A stretch of 37,281 nucleotides of DNA, from NCBI GenBank assembly GCA_937867625.1, contig CALMKR010000111.1, positions 1-37,281 of the forward strand, read 5' to 3'. How positions within the stretch are numbered: the stretch's first letter is position 1; each line of letters begins with the position of its first letter. The DNA is from an uncultured bacterium (GTDB lineage Bacteria; Patescibacteriota; Minisyncoccia; Phycocordibacterales; UBA918). This document shows positions 24,943-35,081 of this stretch, one piece after another. A program made the translations under genes and the position numbers. The notes beneath the pieces are model-generated. The model saw only the letters and a list, made by a program, of their open reading frames with translations. It did not search any database and was not told where the DNA came from.

Positions 24943-26552
24943 TATTTTTGCTCCTTAGGAATTTGTTGTAACGCTTTTCTTAACGCCTCATTAGCATATC
25001 GCAATTTGGCAGGATCTCCAGATTTACTAGCGTTCATAACATCCTGTTTTAATTGTGGAATAGATCTCTCTACCGCACCTGGGGTAACTTGATTAATAGT
25101 TGGTAATCCTGGGATTCTTTTCTCCATGATACCTTTCACACTTAAGGCTTTGTCAAGCTTAGGAACTTCTGCCTCATATATGCTAGATACACTTGTGTTC
25201 GGCTCACTAAGAACTCTTTTAACAAACGTAGCTTGAGTCGCGGCTATTGCGGCTGAGTGCTCTCGCTTAACCTTATCATCGTTTATTGCAGTGATACTTG
25301 TTTGGGCGTATGTGTCCATAACTTTTAGGTACGTACCCATCTCTGTCATTCTTTCTCTAGGTATAGATCCAGCTGACTCACGCAACCTGTTGGCAAGTTG
25401 GATAAGATCAGAGTGTCTCGCGGCTGTGATGCCACCCTTCTTTTGGAAAGCTTCGTTGATCTTCTCTACAGCAGTCTTCTTGCCTTTTATAGATATAGCA
25501 CCCTGCTCTTGTATCATCTGATTGATCACGCTTGATTCAAATAAATCATCTACTACTCTGTTAACAGAGGTACGGAAACCCTTAGCTTCTTCATAGTCTT
25601 TTGTAGTAATCTTCTTAGTTTCTAGCAGTGCTAACGCTTCCTTCTCTACGACAAGTTGTTCGTATGGCGTTTTGGCTGTAGCGAATTTCTTTGTCAATGC
25701 AGCTGTTGTATCTGCACGTTGTTTAGTTTCAACATAGTCACTATTTTTTCTATTCCAGTCGATGTCTCCACGGGACCTGGAAATAGCATTATATCTTTCA
25801 TCGTTAATTTCTTTTAATTCTTTTGCTAGAGCGTCTGGCTCAAACAGTACAGCGTGCTTTAGTAATACCTTCTGAGCCTCGTCGTAGGACTTCCCATCAC
25901 TGAGCCGTGCTCCTACTTCCTTGTACTTATCTGATAATCCCTTAACAACCCCTGCCATCTTTTCTCTAGATACAGTATCTTTCTGTGAGTTTAATACTTG
26001 ATCAGACTCTTCAACTAATAGCTGGGTCTGTGCAAGATACACTGGCAGTGATGAAGGATCTGCTTTAACTTTCTCACCGATAGTAGCAAAGGCTTCGTTA
26101 AACTGGGTTTTTAGTTTTGCTTGGTTTGCCTCAGCACCAGTCTGCATAAATGCACCGACATGTTGTACTTTCGCAGCTGCAATATATTGATCATACAGAG
26201 GCTTTGCTTCTTCAGGAAGCTGGTCCCTCATCAGTACTCTCTTCTCTTCAACAGAACTGAATATCTGATTAGAGTGGTCTACACCATCTCTATCATCCAT
26301 GGAACTAGTTCCCTTAATTCGCTGAGAATTTTGTAGCATCTGAAGCTCAACTTCATCTGCATACTGCCTAGCTAAGGGTTCGTAGTTAGTCTTTTGTTTA
26401 CCATCATCAAGAGCATTACCAAGATCAAAGATAGCTTTACCAAGTGCTTCTTGTGTTTCATTAAAAGCCCTAGCAGATTCAGAGCCACCAATTGGTATTG
26501 GACTACCTACTTGTATTCTATTTGTTTCTTGGATAACTGGAATCATTGCCAT
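24942..26552 (-). CDS. Internal virion protein (T7 gp15 position, 536 aa)
   Basis: Assigned from synteny in the tubular B / gp14 / gp15 / gp16-like series. Highly helical, charged protein. ATGA-type overlap with the downstream gene. Confidence 0.55.
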   Translation of the reverse strand: MAMIPVIQETNRIQVGSPIPIGGSESARAFNETQEALGKAIFDLGNALDDGKQKTNYEPLARQYADEVELQMLQNSQRIKGTSSMDDRDGVDHSNQIFSSVEEKRVLMRDQLPEEAKPLYDQYIAAAKVQHVGAFMQTGAEANQAKLKTQFNEAFATIGEKVKADPSSLPVYLAQTQLLVEESDQVLNSQKDTVSREKMAGVVKGLSDKYKEVGARLSDGKSYDEAQKVLLKHAVLFEPDALAKELKEINDERYNAISRSRGDIDWNRKNSDYVETKQRADTTAALTKKFATAKTPYEQLVVEKEALALLETKKITTKDYEEAKGFRTSVNRVVDDLFESSVINQMIQEQGAISIKGKKTAVEKINEAFQKKGGITAARHSDLIQLANRLRESAGSIPRERMTEMGTYLKVMDTYAQTSITAINDDKVKREHSAAIAATQATFVKRVLSEPNTSVSSIYEAEVPKLDKALSVKGIMEKRIPGLPTINQVTPGAVERSIPQLKQDVMNASKSGDPAKLRYANEALRKALQQIPKEQK

Positions 26553-26554
26553 GC

Positions 26555-27082
26555 TTAAGGTGCTCCTGTGATGTTCTGATTATTATTCCCAAATAGTTCA
26601 GCGTCTAGCTTTTTTAATCCTGCGAAGTTTGTACCAAATCCTTTACTAGATGTGTAATTATTAAGTCCGGTAGTAGCACCCTGCATAAGATTGTACCCTG
26701 GGCTAGACAATGTAGCAGCTGTCGTATCACTTCTACGTGCGCGTAGGCTGGCTATTTTCATATTCATTTCACCTTGAAGTTTTATCGCTGCTAATTCTTT
26801 TATCTTCGCTGCACCCACGGCAGCTACATTAGAAATTGCTGAGCCACTACCAATGTCCACACCACTGGAGATCTCTGCTCCAATGGTAGCACCTCTTCGT
26901 GATTCGTAATCTCTCCCTACGATGTCTAGCTCCCTATCCATCTGATCTTTGGCTAGTGCTGCTTGATCTCTATAAAACTTAGCGTTTTCATATTCGGCAG
27001 CTGCTTGGTCAAGATTTGCCATCCACTGAGAGAACACCTGCAAGCCTGTACCTACGCCCATAAGGACCGCTGGTAATGCCAT
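26555..27082 (-). CDS. Internal virion protein (T7 gp14 position, 175 aa)
   Basis: Hydrophobic N-terminus (MALPAVLMGVGTGLQVF), then a helical region. Assigned from synteny. Confidence 0.5.
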   Translation of the reverse strand: MALPAVLMGVGTGLQVFSQWMANLDQAAAEYENAKFYRDQAALAKDQMDRELDIVGRDYESRRGATIGAEISSGVDIGSGSAISNVAAVGAAKIKELAAIKLQGEMNMKIASLRARRSDTTAATLSSPGYNLMQGATTGLNNYTSSKGFGTNFAGLKKLDAELFGNNNQNITGAP

Positions 27083-27519
27083 TATTTAACCCTCCCAAAA
27101 CTTAAGTACTCTTCTTTGTCAGGTCCCATCATAGGGTGCCTTCCTTCGTATGTAAACCCTAAACCCTCAGCCCATCGCTGAAGGTGCGGGTACTTTGCCT
27201 TAACGTAGATCTGCATACGATGAATACCTGGTAAAGTTTCAAACACTTCCTCAATCTTCTCTTTTGCAAACCTATGATACGACTTCTTGCTGTAGTCAAA
27301 ACTAATAGTAGTAACAGACCATATCTCAAGGACACCCTGCCACGGCTGTGAGTAGCCAAACATTATTCCTATTCTACCAAGGCTATCCTTTATAACAAAC
27401 GATGTTCCTACTGATTCCAGTAAGCGTTGTTCTAGGTCTTTTTCGGACTTGTAGAAGTACTTCGCAGTCTTCATAACCACTGGTACATCTTCTTTCTGAG
27501 CAGCCCTAATCTCAATCAT
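27082..27519 (-). CDS. GNAT-fold (RimJ/RimL-like) N-acetyltransferase candidate (145 aa)
   Basis: The C-terminal IHRMQIYVKAKYPHLQRWAEGLGFTYEGRHP resembles the GNAT beta-alpha-beta segment ending in (K/E)xGFxxEG. The N-terminus IEIRAAQKEDVPVV is typical of GNAT starts. The classical R/QxxGxG/A motif is not obvious. Confidence 0.5.
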   Translation of the reverse strand: MIEIRAAQKEDVPVVMKTAKYFYKSEKDLEQRLLESVGTSFVIKDSLGRIGIMFGYSQPWQGVLEIWSVTTISFDYSKKSYHRFAKEKIEEVFETLPGIHRMQIYVKAKYPHLQRWAEGLGFTYEGRHPMMGPDKEEYLSFGRVK

Positions 27520-29710
27520 TAGTGACCCCCTCTAGTACTACAGATGTAATGTTCATAGGAAAAGGGTCAGATGTTTCAAACTCCACCTGAAATCTTCTTC
27601 CAACGTATTGGGGAAGTGTAACGACCTGCTCCCCCGTAAACACTGGAGTAACTTCGTCCCCTGGAACTGTTGGGTCTCTAAAACTTAGCTCAGTGCTGTC
27701 ATTAGCCCCTGAAGTTTTAAACGTACACGCCAGGGTTTTGTATAAATTTATGATCATCTTAGCAGCGGTCTTCACCTGGTTCACTGGAGTACCAAACTGC
27801 GCCCCAGCTGCTATAGGCATTGTCTTCAAATACGAACGGTACTTAAGACCAATCAAGCACTTGACGTAAGCCCTAGGTAATGTGATGGCTCCAGTTGCTA
27901 CAGTGAATTCCCCTATGTAATAATTATCTGCAATGACCGATACGGTCTCTCCATTCAATCTTGCTAATCCATTGTGTGTCGTAGATGCAGTGGGTGAAGT
28001 AGGGTTCGTGGCTATCACAGCTGAGTCCACATAAATCATCTGGTCGCCTACCCCATAGAAATCATAGGTAGTGCCTTCAAATAAATCGTTTAGTTTTTCT
28101 ATAGACGTAACTGGTAATGAGCTAACTGTCCTAGTCAGTACCAAGTACAGGGAGTCAACTCCACCTGACTTAGGAAGTACAGCCATATCTTGTATCGTAG
28201 CACCTTCAGCAGAAGAAAACTTCCACTCTGCCCAAGCGTTAAGCTTGTAGTCTCTATCAATAGAACAACTAAATAATCTACCACTGTTTGTAAGTGCTAG
28301 AAGTAATGAAGTACTTCCTAGCTCAATCGACGCTAATCTTTTTATAGTACTAGCACTGGTATAGTGCTCAGCCATAAACATTAAATCTCCAGATTTGTAC
28401 TGGTCTTCGTTAAAACTGTACACAGTGTCGCGAACTTTCTTCCCAGCTCTCTGTACAAACGTAGAGTAATTATTAACCCTGATAGGTTGTACGCGCTCTG
28501 CCCCAAATGATGTAGAAGAATCGAACTGTTTGTTCAAAGGTCCTAGTATCTGTCCATTACCACCGTACGCTACGATATCTAAACGTGATGTATGTATCTC
28601 CAGGGTTTTGGAAGCAGCCATAGCTGTAATCTCATAAGTCTCTGGGCTGATCGCTATGGCTGCTGACCAAGGACGAGCGTTGTCCGTGGTAAATGTTGCG
28701 AAGTCTGCGTCTTGTTGAAAAGGAATCTCCATAAGATCGAAGATATTTCCAGCTCTAGTACCCCAAATTGTGTCGGGGTATGAAGTGTTGCCCCCATAGT
28801 ATATTCTCTGCTCATACGGTACAATAGTCTTAGGCCATCCTCTAGCCCCAGACCACGCTGCTACTTCAAAGCTTGTTCCAGCTGCTGCGCCAACTACCAG
28901 TGGAGCTGCGCCTGGGATCGTTGCTAACACTAATGCATTAGCAATCGTGGCACTTGTTATAGAGCCTATCATGGCAACGCCAGTGGTTCCTCCAGAGGAG
29001 ATCTTAACAAATGTTCCTATCAAAAGATCCTTAGAGTCTGATATGCCGTCCCTAGTCACCCATCTACTGTACGAAGATGTCAACTGCACAGTATTGCCAA
29101 CTGCGAATGAGGCTCCTGTCACAGTTATAGTACCGTCAATACTATCTGCTGAAATAGGCTGATATGGGACTCTCTCCCATTGATTAGTGTTTGTTCCTGA
29201 TTTAGTAACTGTAGCTGCGTGAAACGGTATCATACTGAACACACCAGATGATGGAGTGTATATGATTCGTGGGGCTATCCCATCGGTCACGTAGTATATC
29301 AAATCTCCTACTTGTGCAAACTGTGCGGTCTCAATGTTTGCATCTGCTACGTTTGATGATAGTGGGCATGTAAGAGTGACACTTGTGCCAGTATCAACAT
29401 TCCATACAAACCATTCATTGCCAACGGCAGTGGGGCTTGAGTTGTTTGCTACTAGCAGATATCTGTTACCATTAGATAATCGAAAAGGAATTATTCTGTG
29501 ATCAACAGATGTCTGTACGATCGAATTGTATGTGCTTGTCAAATCTTGGAAGGACGTACCAGGTCTTCTAAATGCCCCACCTTGAAGCTGCGGGATCATA
29601 TTCTCAAGGGTTTCACATGCCTTGAAGTACTCTTCAGTATCCGCACGCGAGATCATCTTCTGTGACCAGGCACCTGCACTGAAATTATTTAGGATGGTGT
29701 TGAACTTCAT
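27512..29710 (-). CDS. Tail tubular protein B / nozzle (T7 gp12-like, 732 aa)
   Basis: Assigned from its size and position after the gp11-like gene. The N-terminus NNFSAGAWSQKMISRAD...LENMIPQLQGGAFRRPGT follows the gp12 N-terminal pattern. Confidence 0.7.
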   Translation of the reverse strand: MKFNTILNNFSAGAWSQKMISRADTEEYFKACETLENMIPQLQGGAFRRPGTSFQDLTSTYNSIVQTSVDHRIIPFRLSNGNRYLLVANNSSPTAVGNEWFVWNVDTGTSVTLTCPLSSNVADANIETAQFAQVGDLIYYVTDGIAPRIIYTPSSGVFSMIPFHAATVTKSGTNTNQWERVPYQPISADSIDGTITVTGASFAVGNTVQLTSSYSRWVTRDGISDSKDLLIGTFVKISSGGTTGVAMIGSITSATIANALVLATIPGAAPLVVGAAAGTSFEVAAWSGARGWPKTIVPYEQRIYYGGNTSYPDTIWGTRAGNIFDLMEIPFQQDADFATFTTDNARPWSAAIAISPETYEITAMAASKTLEIHTSRLDIVAYGGNGQILGPLNKQFDSSTSFGAERVQPIRVNNYSTFVQRAGKKVRDTVYSFNEDQYKSGDLMFMAEHYTSASTIKRLASIELGSTSLLLALTNSGRLFSCSIDRDYKLNAWAEWKFSSAEGATIQDMAVLPKSGGVDSLYLVLTRTVSSLPVTSIEKLNDLFEGTTYDFYGVGDQMIYVDSAVIATNPTSPTASTTHNGLARLNGETVSVIADNYYIGEFTVATGAITLPRAYVKCLIGLKYRSYLKTMPIAAGAQFGTPVNQVKTAAKMIINLYKTLACTFKTSGANDSTELSFRDPTVPGDEVTPVFTGEQVVTLPQYVGRRFQVEFETSDPFPMNITSVVLEGVTND

Positions 29711-29712
29711 AG

Positions 29713-30270
29713 CTAGTACCTCGCGTTAAGCCAGGAGTCAGCATATACTCTGTCGCCAGCACCCTCCTGTGCATCAAATGTTCGTGCCGCTCGTAGAGCG
29801 TCTCTATAGTCTACCTTTAATGATTCTTTAAGTCCTGCACTTTGTGTCAGTGGGATACAAATGTCAACAGCTAGGGCACAAGCCAGAGCTTCTGCCGCTG
29901 TGTCATCAAACAATCCTTCTGCTGCATCGCAAATGTACTTGATGTATGCCTCGTTGTTGTCAGTAAGTATGTACCTACCCTCTACCTTCCATGGAAAAGA
30001 AGTTTCCCCCTCCATACCAACAACACGCAGGCAGTCCACTGGTAATGCATACTGATACGAAAACTCAAACACAGGCTCTGTCACAGATAGTGCCAGCTGA
30101 ACCCTTTTAGTAGCAAAATTCCAAAGGTGTCCTCGGAGAAATGCTTTCTTTATCTTTGGGTACTGTTCTTTGCAAACCCTACCCTCCGCAGTATCAGCGT
30201 CGAGGCTAATAATTCTATTAGCCCCTACCTTAGTCAATGCACTGTTGCAGATATCCGTATCAGATGTCAT
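29713..30270 (-). CDS. Tail tubular protein A / adaptor (T7 gp11-like, 185 aa)
   Basis: AAGGAG RBS. ICNSALTKVGANRIISLDADTAEG...LRGHLWNFA parallels T7 gp11 VNDILASIGEPPVSTLEGD...QSRGWTFN. Confidence 0.7.
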   Translation of the reverse strand: MTSDTDICNSALTKVGANRIISLDADTAEGRVCKEQYPKIKKAFLRGHLWNFATKRVQLALSVTEPVFEFSYQYALPVDCLRVVGMEGETSFPWKVEGRYILTDNNEAYIKYICDAAEGLFDDTAAEALACALAVDICIPLTQSAGLKESLKVDYRDALRAARTFDAQEGAGDRVYADSWLNARY

Positions 30271-30278
30271 ACAGCTCC

Positions 30279-30686
30279 TTAAATTTTAGAGAAGTACATA
30301 GCAAACTTGTACAAACCTGTACCAGTTGCAGATACTGAAGGAGTCACAATGATCTCATCCTCAGTTGTATTGCTGTTATCCACAAGAACTGGTACTAAAG
30401 CACCTGCTGTAGCTACTGCTAAAGAAGCAGCGTATTTAGTCGCAGATCCTGAGATACCAATGCCAAGAGTTCCACCGTTTGTAGGACTTACGTACTGAAG
30501 AAAGTGAACCTTTGCTCCAGCTGGAATCTTGATACCTGTTCTTAGTACATCTGTAGTTGCAAAGTTCGCCGTACTGGTGAACTGATCATAAGAACACCAC
30601 AGCTCACCTTTAACTTGCCCAGGGGCAATCTTAACAGATGGTACTGCGATTTGTTTTGCGTAGTTAATTGAATCTAAATTAGCCAT
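30279..30686 (-). CDS. Hypothetical beta-rich virion protein (possible capsid decoration or minor capsid protein, 135 aa)
   Basis: AGGAGA RBS. It lies directly downstream of the capsid gene and hairpin. The function is a positional guess only. Confidence 0.45.
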   Translation of the reverse strand: MANLDSINYAKQIAVPSVKIAPGQVKGELWCSYDQFTSTANFATTDVLRTGIKIPAGAKVHFLQYVSPTNGGTLGIGISGSATKYAASLAVATAGALVPVLVDNSNTTEDEIIVTPSVSATGTGLYKFAMYFSKI

Positions 30687-30705
30687 ATTAATTTTCTCCT
30701 ATGTA

Positions 30706-30729
30706 AAGGCCCACATAATTGTAGGCCTT
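30706..30729 (-). terminator. Stem-loop directly downstream of the major capsid gene
   Basis: aaggcccaca-taat-tgtaggcctt (written as the + strand) forms a 10 bp stem including one G-U pair on the - strand RNA. It starts 16 nt after the capsid stop. There is no U-run, so it may be an attenuator or processing site rather than a full terminator. Confidence 0.4.
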
Positions 30730-30744
30730 ATGGTAATGAAGCTA

Positions 30745-31668
30745 TTAAGCTTCCTTACAAATTACTTCTACTACTTGCTCTTCTTCCATACGAGTTCCAC
30801 CGATAGACATTCTAGCGTACACTTGCATAGCGTACCCCTTGTCATCGCGTTCACTCATTTTGGTAACGAAGTCTTCACCTTTAGATAACAACAAACCTTG
30901 CTCAGCAAAAGCGAAACAAGCTCTGTTAGTACCAGTTAATGAAACACCCGCTCCAACCACACCAGTTGCTACAGTTGCAGTTGTTGAAGTAGTTAAGCCA
31001 ACGCGCTCTGTTCTAATGAACTCAAAACCCATGAAAGAGTTTACTTCGCCTTGTACTAAAGCTTTTACGCTGTTGTAATCCGCTGAAGTAACTTGAGTTT
31101 CACCTAACATTGCGTCGATCTGAGAAGAAGTACATACGAAATATCTCTTACCAATAACTTCGTCAGCATCCATCATAGCTTTTACTTTTCTTAATGTATA
31201 AACATTAAGATTTGAGAAAGCTGCTCCAGTTGTAGCTGCGAATTTCTGTGCGTCTGGGTGTGCAACAGTAGTTGCTCCAGCTTCACCAGAGTAGGCACTG
31301 CCTACAGAGGCTGCGATGATGACATCGTCTTTAGATCTACCAAATGCCCAAGCAGCTGCAATAGCGTACTGAGAAGTTGGGTCGATCAACATTCTAATCT
31401 TATCTTGATCGTCTACTAGATCTGCCCACTCATAATCTTCTAACGTAACCATACGTCTTGAGTGAGGAGTGTCTAATTGTGGAGTAGCTGCGTGTCTACC
31501 AGTTCTACGAACTGCTGATACAGTACCAATTCTATCAAAGAATTGTGCTTTACTCTTTTGTGATTCTTGTCTTACTTTTGGCTCAAGTCTTGAACCTTGT
31601 TGTTGTGACAACATCATAACGTTTGCGCTATATTGTTGTACAAATGCTTCTGTGATTTGTGTAGACAT
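30745..31668 (-). CDS. Major capsid protein (HK97-fold, 307 aa)
   Basis: GGGGGA RBS. Assigned from its position after the scaffold gene. The N-terminal segment (FFDRIG...R..G.......DTPHSRR......YEWADLVD) is typical of podovirus capsid proteins. Confidence 0.8.
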   Translation of the reverse strand: MSTQITEAFVQQYSANVMMLSQQQGSRLEPKVRQESQKSKAQFFDRIGTVSAVRRTGRHAATPQLDTPHSRRMVTLEDYEWADLVDDQDKIRMLIDPTSQYAIAAAWAFGRSKDDVIIAASVGSAYSGEAGATTVAHPDAQKFAATTGAAFSNLNVYTLRKVKAMMDADEVIGKRYFVCTSSQIDAMLGETQVTSADYNSVKALVQGEVNSFMGFEFIRTERVGLTTSTTATVATGVVGAGVSLTGTNRACFAFAEQGLLLSKGEDFVTKMSERDDKGYAMQVYARMSIGGTRMEEEQVVEVICKEA

Positions 31669-31829
31669 AATTGTCCCCCATATAAAATGTTAAAGTTTAG
31701 GATGCGATTTTTGGATTGTCCCTAAACTAGGGGTCCTGTTAGAGAGTAGCACTCATTGTCGTGCTCAACATGAAAGGGCCAAGGTATTGGTTGTCCTTAG
31801 CCCCATGCTTCCAGGGTTTAAAAATAAAA

Positions 31830-32789
31830 TCAAGTACTTTTTTCACTAGCCATATTAAATAGGGCTGCAACCTCTTCGATAGCTGCCTTATGTCCAGGGT
31901 GGGACTTAACATGGTAAGGGTGTGTTGGATCACCAATGATCTTATTGGCTTCTTTTCTAGCTTCCATAGGTGACAAACGTCCTGAAGTTCCACCGGAGTC
32001 GGCAATCTTACCTTCTTTGAACAACTGCTCTCCCATACCAGATAGGAGTTTCACCAAACGTACATCGTTAGCAAGTCCAGTTTTAGCAAAGTAGTCCATA
32101 GTTTCTTTATCAGCGAACTTTGTAAGAGCGTTGTTAGCGTATTGAATCTTATCATCAAAAGCTTTACCCCACTCTGTTCTAAGGTCGTTAATTTCTTTTG
32201 CTACTTGCGCTTCCCTAGTTTTTATGATCTCAGCTTCAGCAGAAGCATTTGATTGAGTGAACCAGTCGGCAAGTTGTTGAGCCTGCTTAGGAAGAATACC
32301 CGCTTTGTGTGATAAAGTTTTAAATTCATCTATAAACTTCTTATCTAACGTAGCCTGCTCACCAAACTTTACTTCGTACTTGTCAGGTGTCTCAGGTAGC
32401 CCTAACTTTTGGAACACATTCTTCCAGTCTTCTTCAGTTGAATGTTTACCTGGTACGGGAATCTTATCTGCTCCAATTAATTTCTGAGCATTGATGTAGG
32501 ACTGGGCCAACCCCTGAATGTCAGTGAACTTTTTGAGCGAAGCATCTTCCTGTAGCTCTTTAGGGAGCGCACTAATCCAATTGGTAGCGCCTGCGGCTCC
32601 AGCAGCATTAGGATCTCCACCGGATTTGTCTACTCCACTCGCTGCACCCTGAGCACCTTGAGCTGTGGGTGTTGTAGAGCTTCCGTTACTTCCACCTGTA
32701 TTAAGTAAACTTCCTGCTCCTCCACCGCCACCTCCTGTGCCGTCTCCCTCTTTATCAAACAATAGTTTCATTAGCCCGAATCTTTTCAT
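31830..32789 (-). CDS. Scaffolding protein (319 aa)
   Basis: Lies between the portal and capsid genes. The N-terminal third is Gly/Ala-rich and looks disordered. The rest is long, charged and helical. Confidence 0.65.
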   Translation of the reverse strand: MKRFGLMKLLFDKEGDGTGGGGGGAGSLLNTGGSNGSSTTPTAQGAQGAASGVDKSGGDPNAAGAAGATNWISALPKELQEDASLKKFTDIQGLAQSYINAQKLIGADKIPVPGKHSTEEDWKNVFQKLGLPETPDKYEVKFGEQATLDKKFIDEFKTLSHKAGILPKQAQQLADWFTQSNASAEAEIIKTREAQVAKEINDLRTEWGKAFDDKIQYANNALTKFADKETMDYFAKTGLANDVRLVKLLSGMGEQLFKEGKIADSGGTSGRLSPMEARKEANKIIGDPTHPYHVKSHPGHKAAIEEVAALFNMASEKST

Positions 32790-33024
32790 CTTCTTCTATC
32801 CTTTCACGTATGTGATTAATGTCCAGTTTTAATATCGTAAGTATCCTAAGGATGGCGTTTCGTTCACCCTCCCTTAAGCATGTTACGTTTTGATTTTCAT
32901 GAAAGGTCGAGTTCATAACGTAATGTGTTTTCATTAAGTCATTGAGTACTCTCTTACCAGCGACAGAGCCAAACACCGTGTGGTAGTCCTGTAATTTTGC
33001 TACATCTAAGTTCTTCTTAGCCAT
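32755..33024 (-). CDS. Conserved small head-module protein (89 aa)
   Basis: ORF between portal and scaffold, overlapping both. FGSVAGKRVLNDL...REGERNAILRIL recalls a small family seen at this position in other podoviruses. I cannot verify this. Confidence 0.5.
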   Translation of the reverse strand: MAKKNLDVAKLQDYHTVFGSVAGKRVLNDLMKTHYVMNSTFHENQNVTCLREGERNAILRILTILKLDINHIRERIEEDEKIRANETIV

Positions 33025-34591
33025 TCGCCCCTACCTTCTGTGTAATGTTAGCCATCTGTCCAGCGTTCTGTAGCTCTTGTGCTTCCTGTGCCGCATCCAG
33101 TTGTGCTTGCTGTGCTTCGGCTCGCTGTTGGCGAAGCTTCTGCACATCTGCCGCGCTTCGTAACCCCAGTTGTGGAAAGCCGTAAACTCCAGCGACTATT
33201 CTAGCGCAAGCATCACCATTGAAGTTGTCTGCAACAGATGGGTCCATTTGCATAAATGGAGCAACAGCCTGTACAGTTCTAAGAATGTTCTGCGCATCTG
33301 CTAGCCTCTGAGATTTGGCTATCAAAGATGAGTATCGTACATCTAACGTATGCCCTTTCATAGCGGCAGGTGCTGGTTTGATCTTACCTTTTCGTAACAT
33401 GATGTTGAATACTCTGTTTATCAACGGTCTAAGATACTCTGACTGCATTCTACCAAGCATCGGGCCTAGTAGTCGCATAGACTCCTCAGTTCTCTGTAGA
33501 ACTTCCGTAGCTGTCATCATAGGGCCACCTTGACGAAGCTTCAACTGGTCTACGTAGAATGTGTCGCGTACTCTTTGCCTACGATCTTCCATCGCTTGAT
33601 AACCAAACTCCAGATTGGTGTCGTTGAATATAGGTTTGATCACATCGTTAGACCCTGATCTATAATAATTGATACCACCTGGGCGAGTTACGATAGGTAG
33701 TGCAAAGCCGTCGTCTGGCATCTGGATCGGAGGATCTACCTTCTTCTGCGCACCGATTAATAATGTTTCATTCATCTTATTCAACACTTTAATCTCCGGC
33801 AAACAGCTCATACCAGGTGATCTACCGTAGTCTTCTCCACTTGCCTTACTCCAACGGGGGGTAAGATATGGAAATTCGTTGAATGTTTCTTCTTTTAATT
33901 TGTGGTTTAAGTCTGGAAGAATATACACTGAGTAGTACTTCTCCGCACACTCGTAAACGCAGTGGACAACTTTGTACTCTGTGCCCTTCTGCTCAGTATA
34001 TTCTTTAAGTACATCTCTGTGCATCCCTTTTTCAGAGAACTCTTCTATCAAATCATGAGCTTTCCAGCGTGCTTCGTGCATAATTAACTCAACCTTACCG
34101 GACCTGGACTCTTTTATGAAGTAATCAGCGATGAATTTAGTAGAGAATCGTACTATTGTGTCGTCATCTTCCTCTATAAGCTGACAAGCAGTTCCTATTG
34201 CACCTAAATCTACGTACAGTTCATGTACCTCTGTTTGAAAATTTGAATTATTTATGACATTGTGTATGTCTCTTGTTGTTTCCTGTAGCCAAAGGCGTAC
34301 TTGGTCATCATTATCTGTTATAATATTCCCAGTTGTCATCTCAAACCACGGTGAATCGGGATTTGTTAGCATACTGTGCAGTGCCCCTGCTAATAACTCA
34401 TTCGAGTGTACCGCAGTGTTATCTAATAACTGCCACGTTCTCTTCTCACCAGGGGATTTTTTATTTAATACTGTATTCTTCCTAGGTAAAACGAAGTCTG
34501 TAACCTCTTGCCAGTGAGATTCCCATGTGCCTCGTGATCCTTTTAATTTCCCTAAGAGCTTTACTATCTGCTCTATGTTCATCTTCTTCAT
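33017..34591 (-). CDS. Portal (head-to-tail connector, T7 gp8 type, 524 aa)
   Basis: GEDYGRSPGMSCLPEIKVLNKMNETL parallels T7 gp8 GESYGRSYIEEYLGDLRSLENLQEAI. The N-terminus has the W...W....D...P pattern. The C-terminal tail is Q/A-rich. Confidence 0.9.
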   Translation of the reverse strand: MKKMNIEQIVKLLGKLKGSRGTWESHWQEVTDFVLPRKNTVLNKKSPGEKRTWQLLDNTAVHSNELLAGALHSMLTNPDSPWFEMTTGNIITDNDDQVRLWLQETTRDIHNVINNSNFQTEVHELYVDLGAIGTACQLIEEDDDTIVRFSTKFIADYFIKESRSGKVELIMHEARWKAHDLIEEFSEKGMHRDVLKEYTEQKGTEYKVVHCVYECAEKYYSVYILPDLNHKLKEETFNEFPYLTPRWSKASGEDYGRSPGMSCLPEIKVLNKMNETLLIGAQKKVDPPIQMPDDGFALPIVTRPGGINYYRSGSNDVIKPIFNDTNLEFGYQAMEDRRQRVRDTFYVDQLKLRQGGPMMTATEVLQRTEESMRLLGPMLGRMQSEYLRPLINRVFNIMLRKGKIKPAPAAMKGHTLDVRYSSLIAKSQRLADAQNILRTVQAVAPFMQMDPSVADNFNGDACARIVAGVYGFPQLGLRSAADVQKLRQQRAEAQQAQLDAAQEAQELQNAGQMANITQKVGANG

Positions 34592-35070
34592 TATGTGCTC
34601 CTACCTGTTAGCAAGGGGCCATAGCTTGATGCAGCCCCTACTGTTGTTAATAGTGTGGCCGCTTTGCCAGGTTGTCTTCTTCTAGACGTAACCATCTCTC
34701 CCACTATTGTATTGATACCTTCTTGCTTCTTCGTGGCTGCCGCTTCGGCGTCGGCATTCTTCTGCATCTGCTCCTCAGTGTACACCTTAGCAAGCTGCTC
34801 TCGCGTCTTCCTCTCCCTAGGAGTCTCTCCCGCCTTGTACCCCGCAAGTAGAGATGTACCGCCTGTCATGCTGGCCGCGCTAATTTCCAGTAATGTGTTA
34901 CCTGCATTGTTGAAGTCCCCTGTGGCCATAGCTCCGATGCCTTGTAGTATCCTACCACCGCCCTGCTCAAGGTTCTGTCCCGCTGGATTCACCACTTCAT
35001 TGACCGCATAGTCAACTGTATTATCTATAACACCAATCCCTGTCTTCGACTTACTCTTACCTGAACTCAT
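34591..35070 (-). CDS. Hypothetical protein between terminase and portal (159 aa)
   Basis: AAAGGAGG RBS. G/A/T-rich sequence with a basic centre. No domain recognised. Confidence 0.5.
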   Translation of the reverse strand: MSSGKSKSKTGIGVIDNTVDYAVNEVVNPAGQNLEQGGGRILQGIGAMATGDFNNAGNTLLEISAASMTGGTSLLAGYKAGETPRERKTREQLAKVYTEEQMQKNADAEAAATKKQEGINTIVGEMVTSRRRQPGKAATLLTTVGAASSYGPLLTGRST

Positions 35071-35081
35071 ACGTCCTCCTT

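Noticed and set aside
31739-32005. 88 aa - strand ORF overlapping the 3' end of the scaffold gene
   Set aside because: It lies mostly inside the scaffold gene in another frame, with no RBS. The remaining 31669-31829 is treated as an intergenic region upstream of the capsid gene. It contains only short 5 bp stems that I could not interpret.
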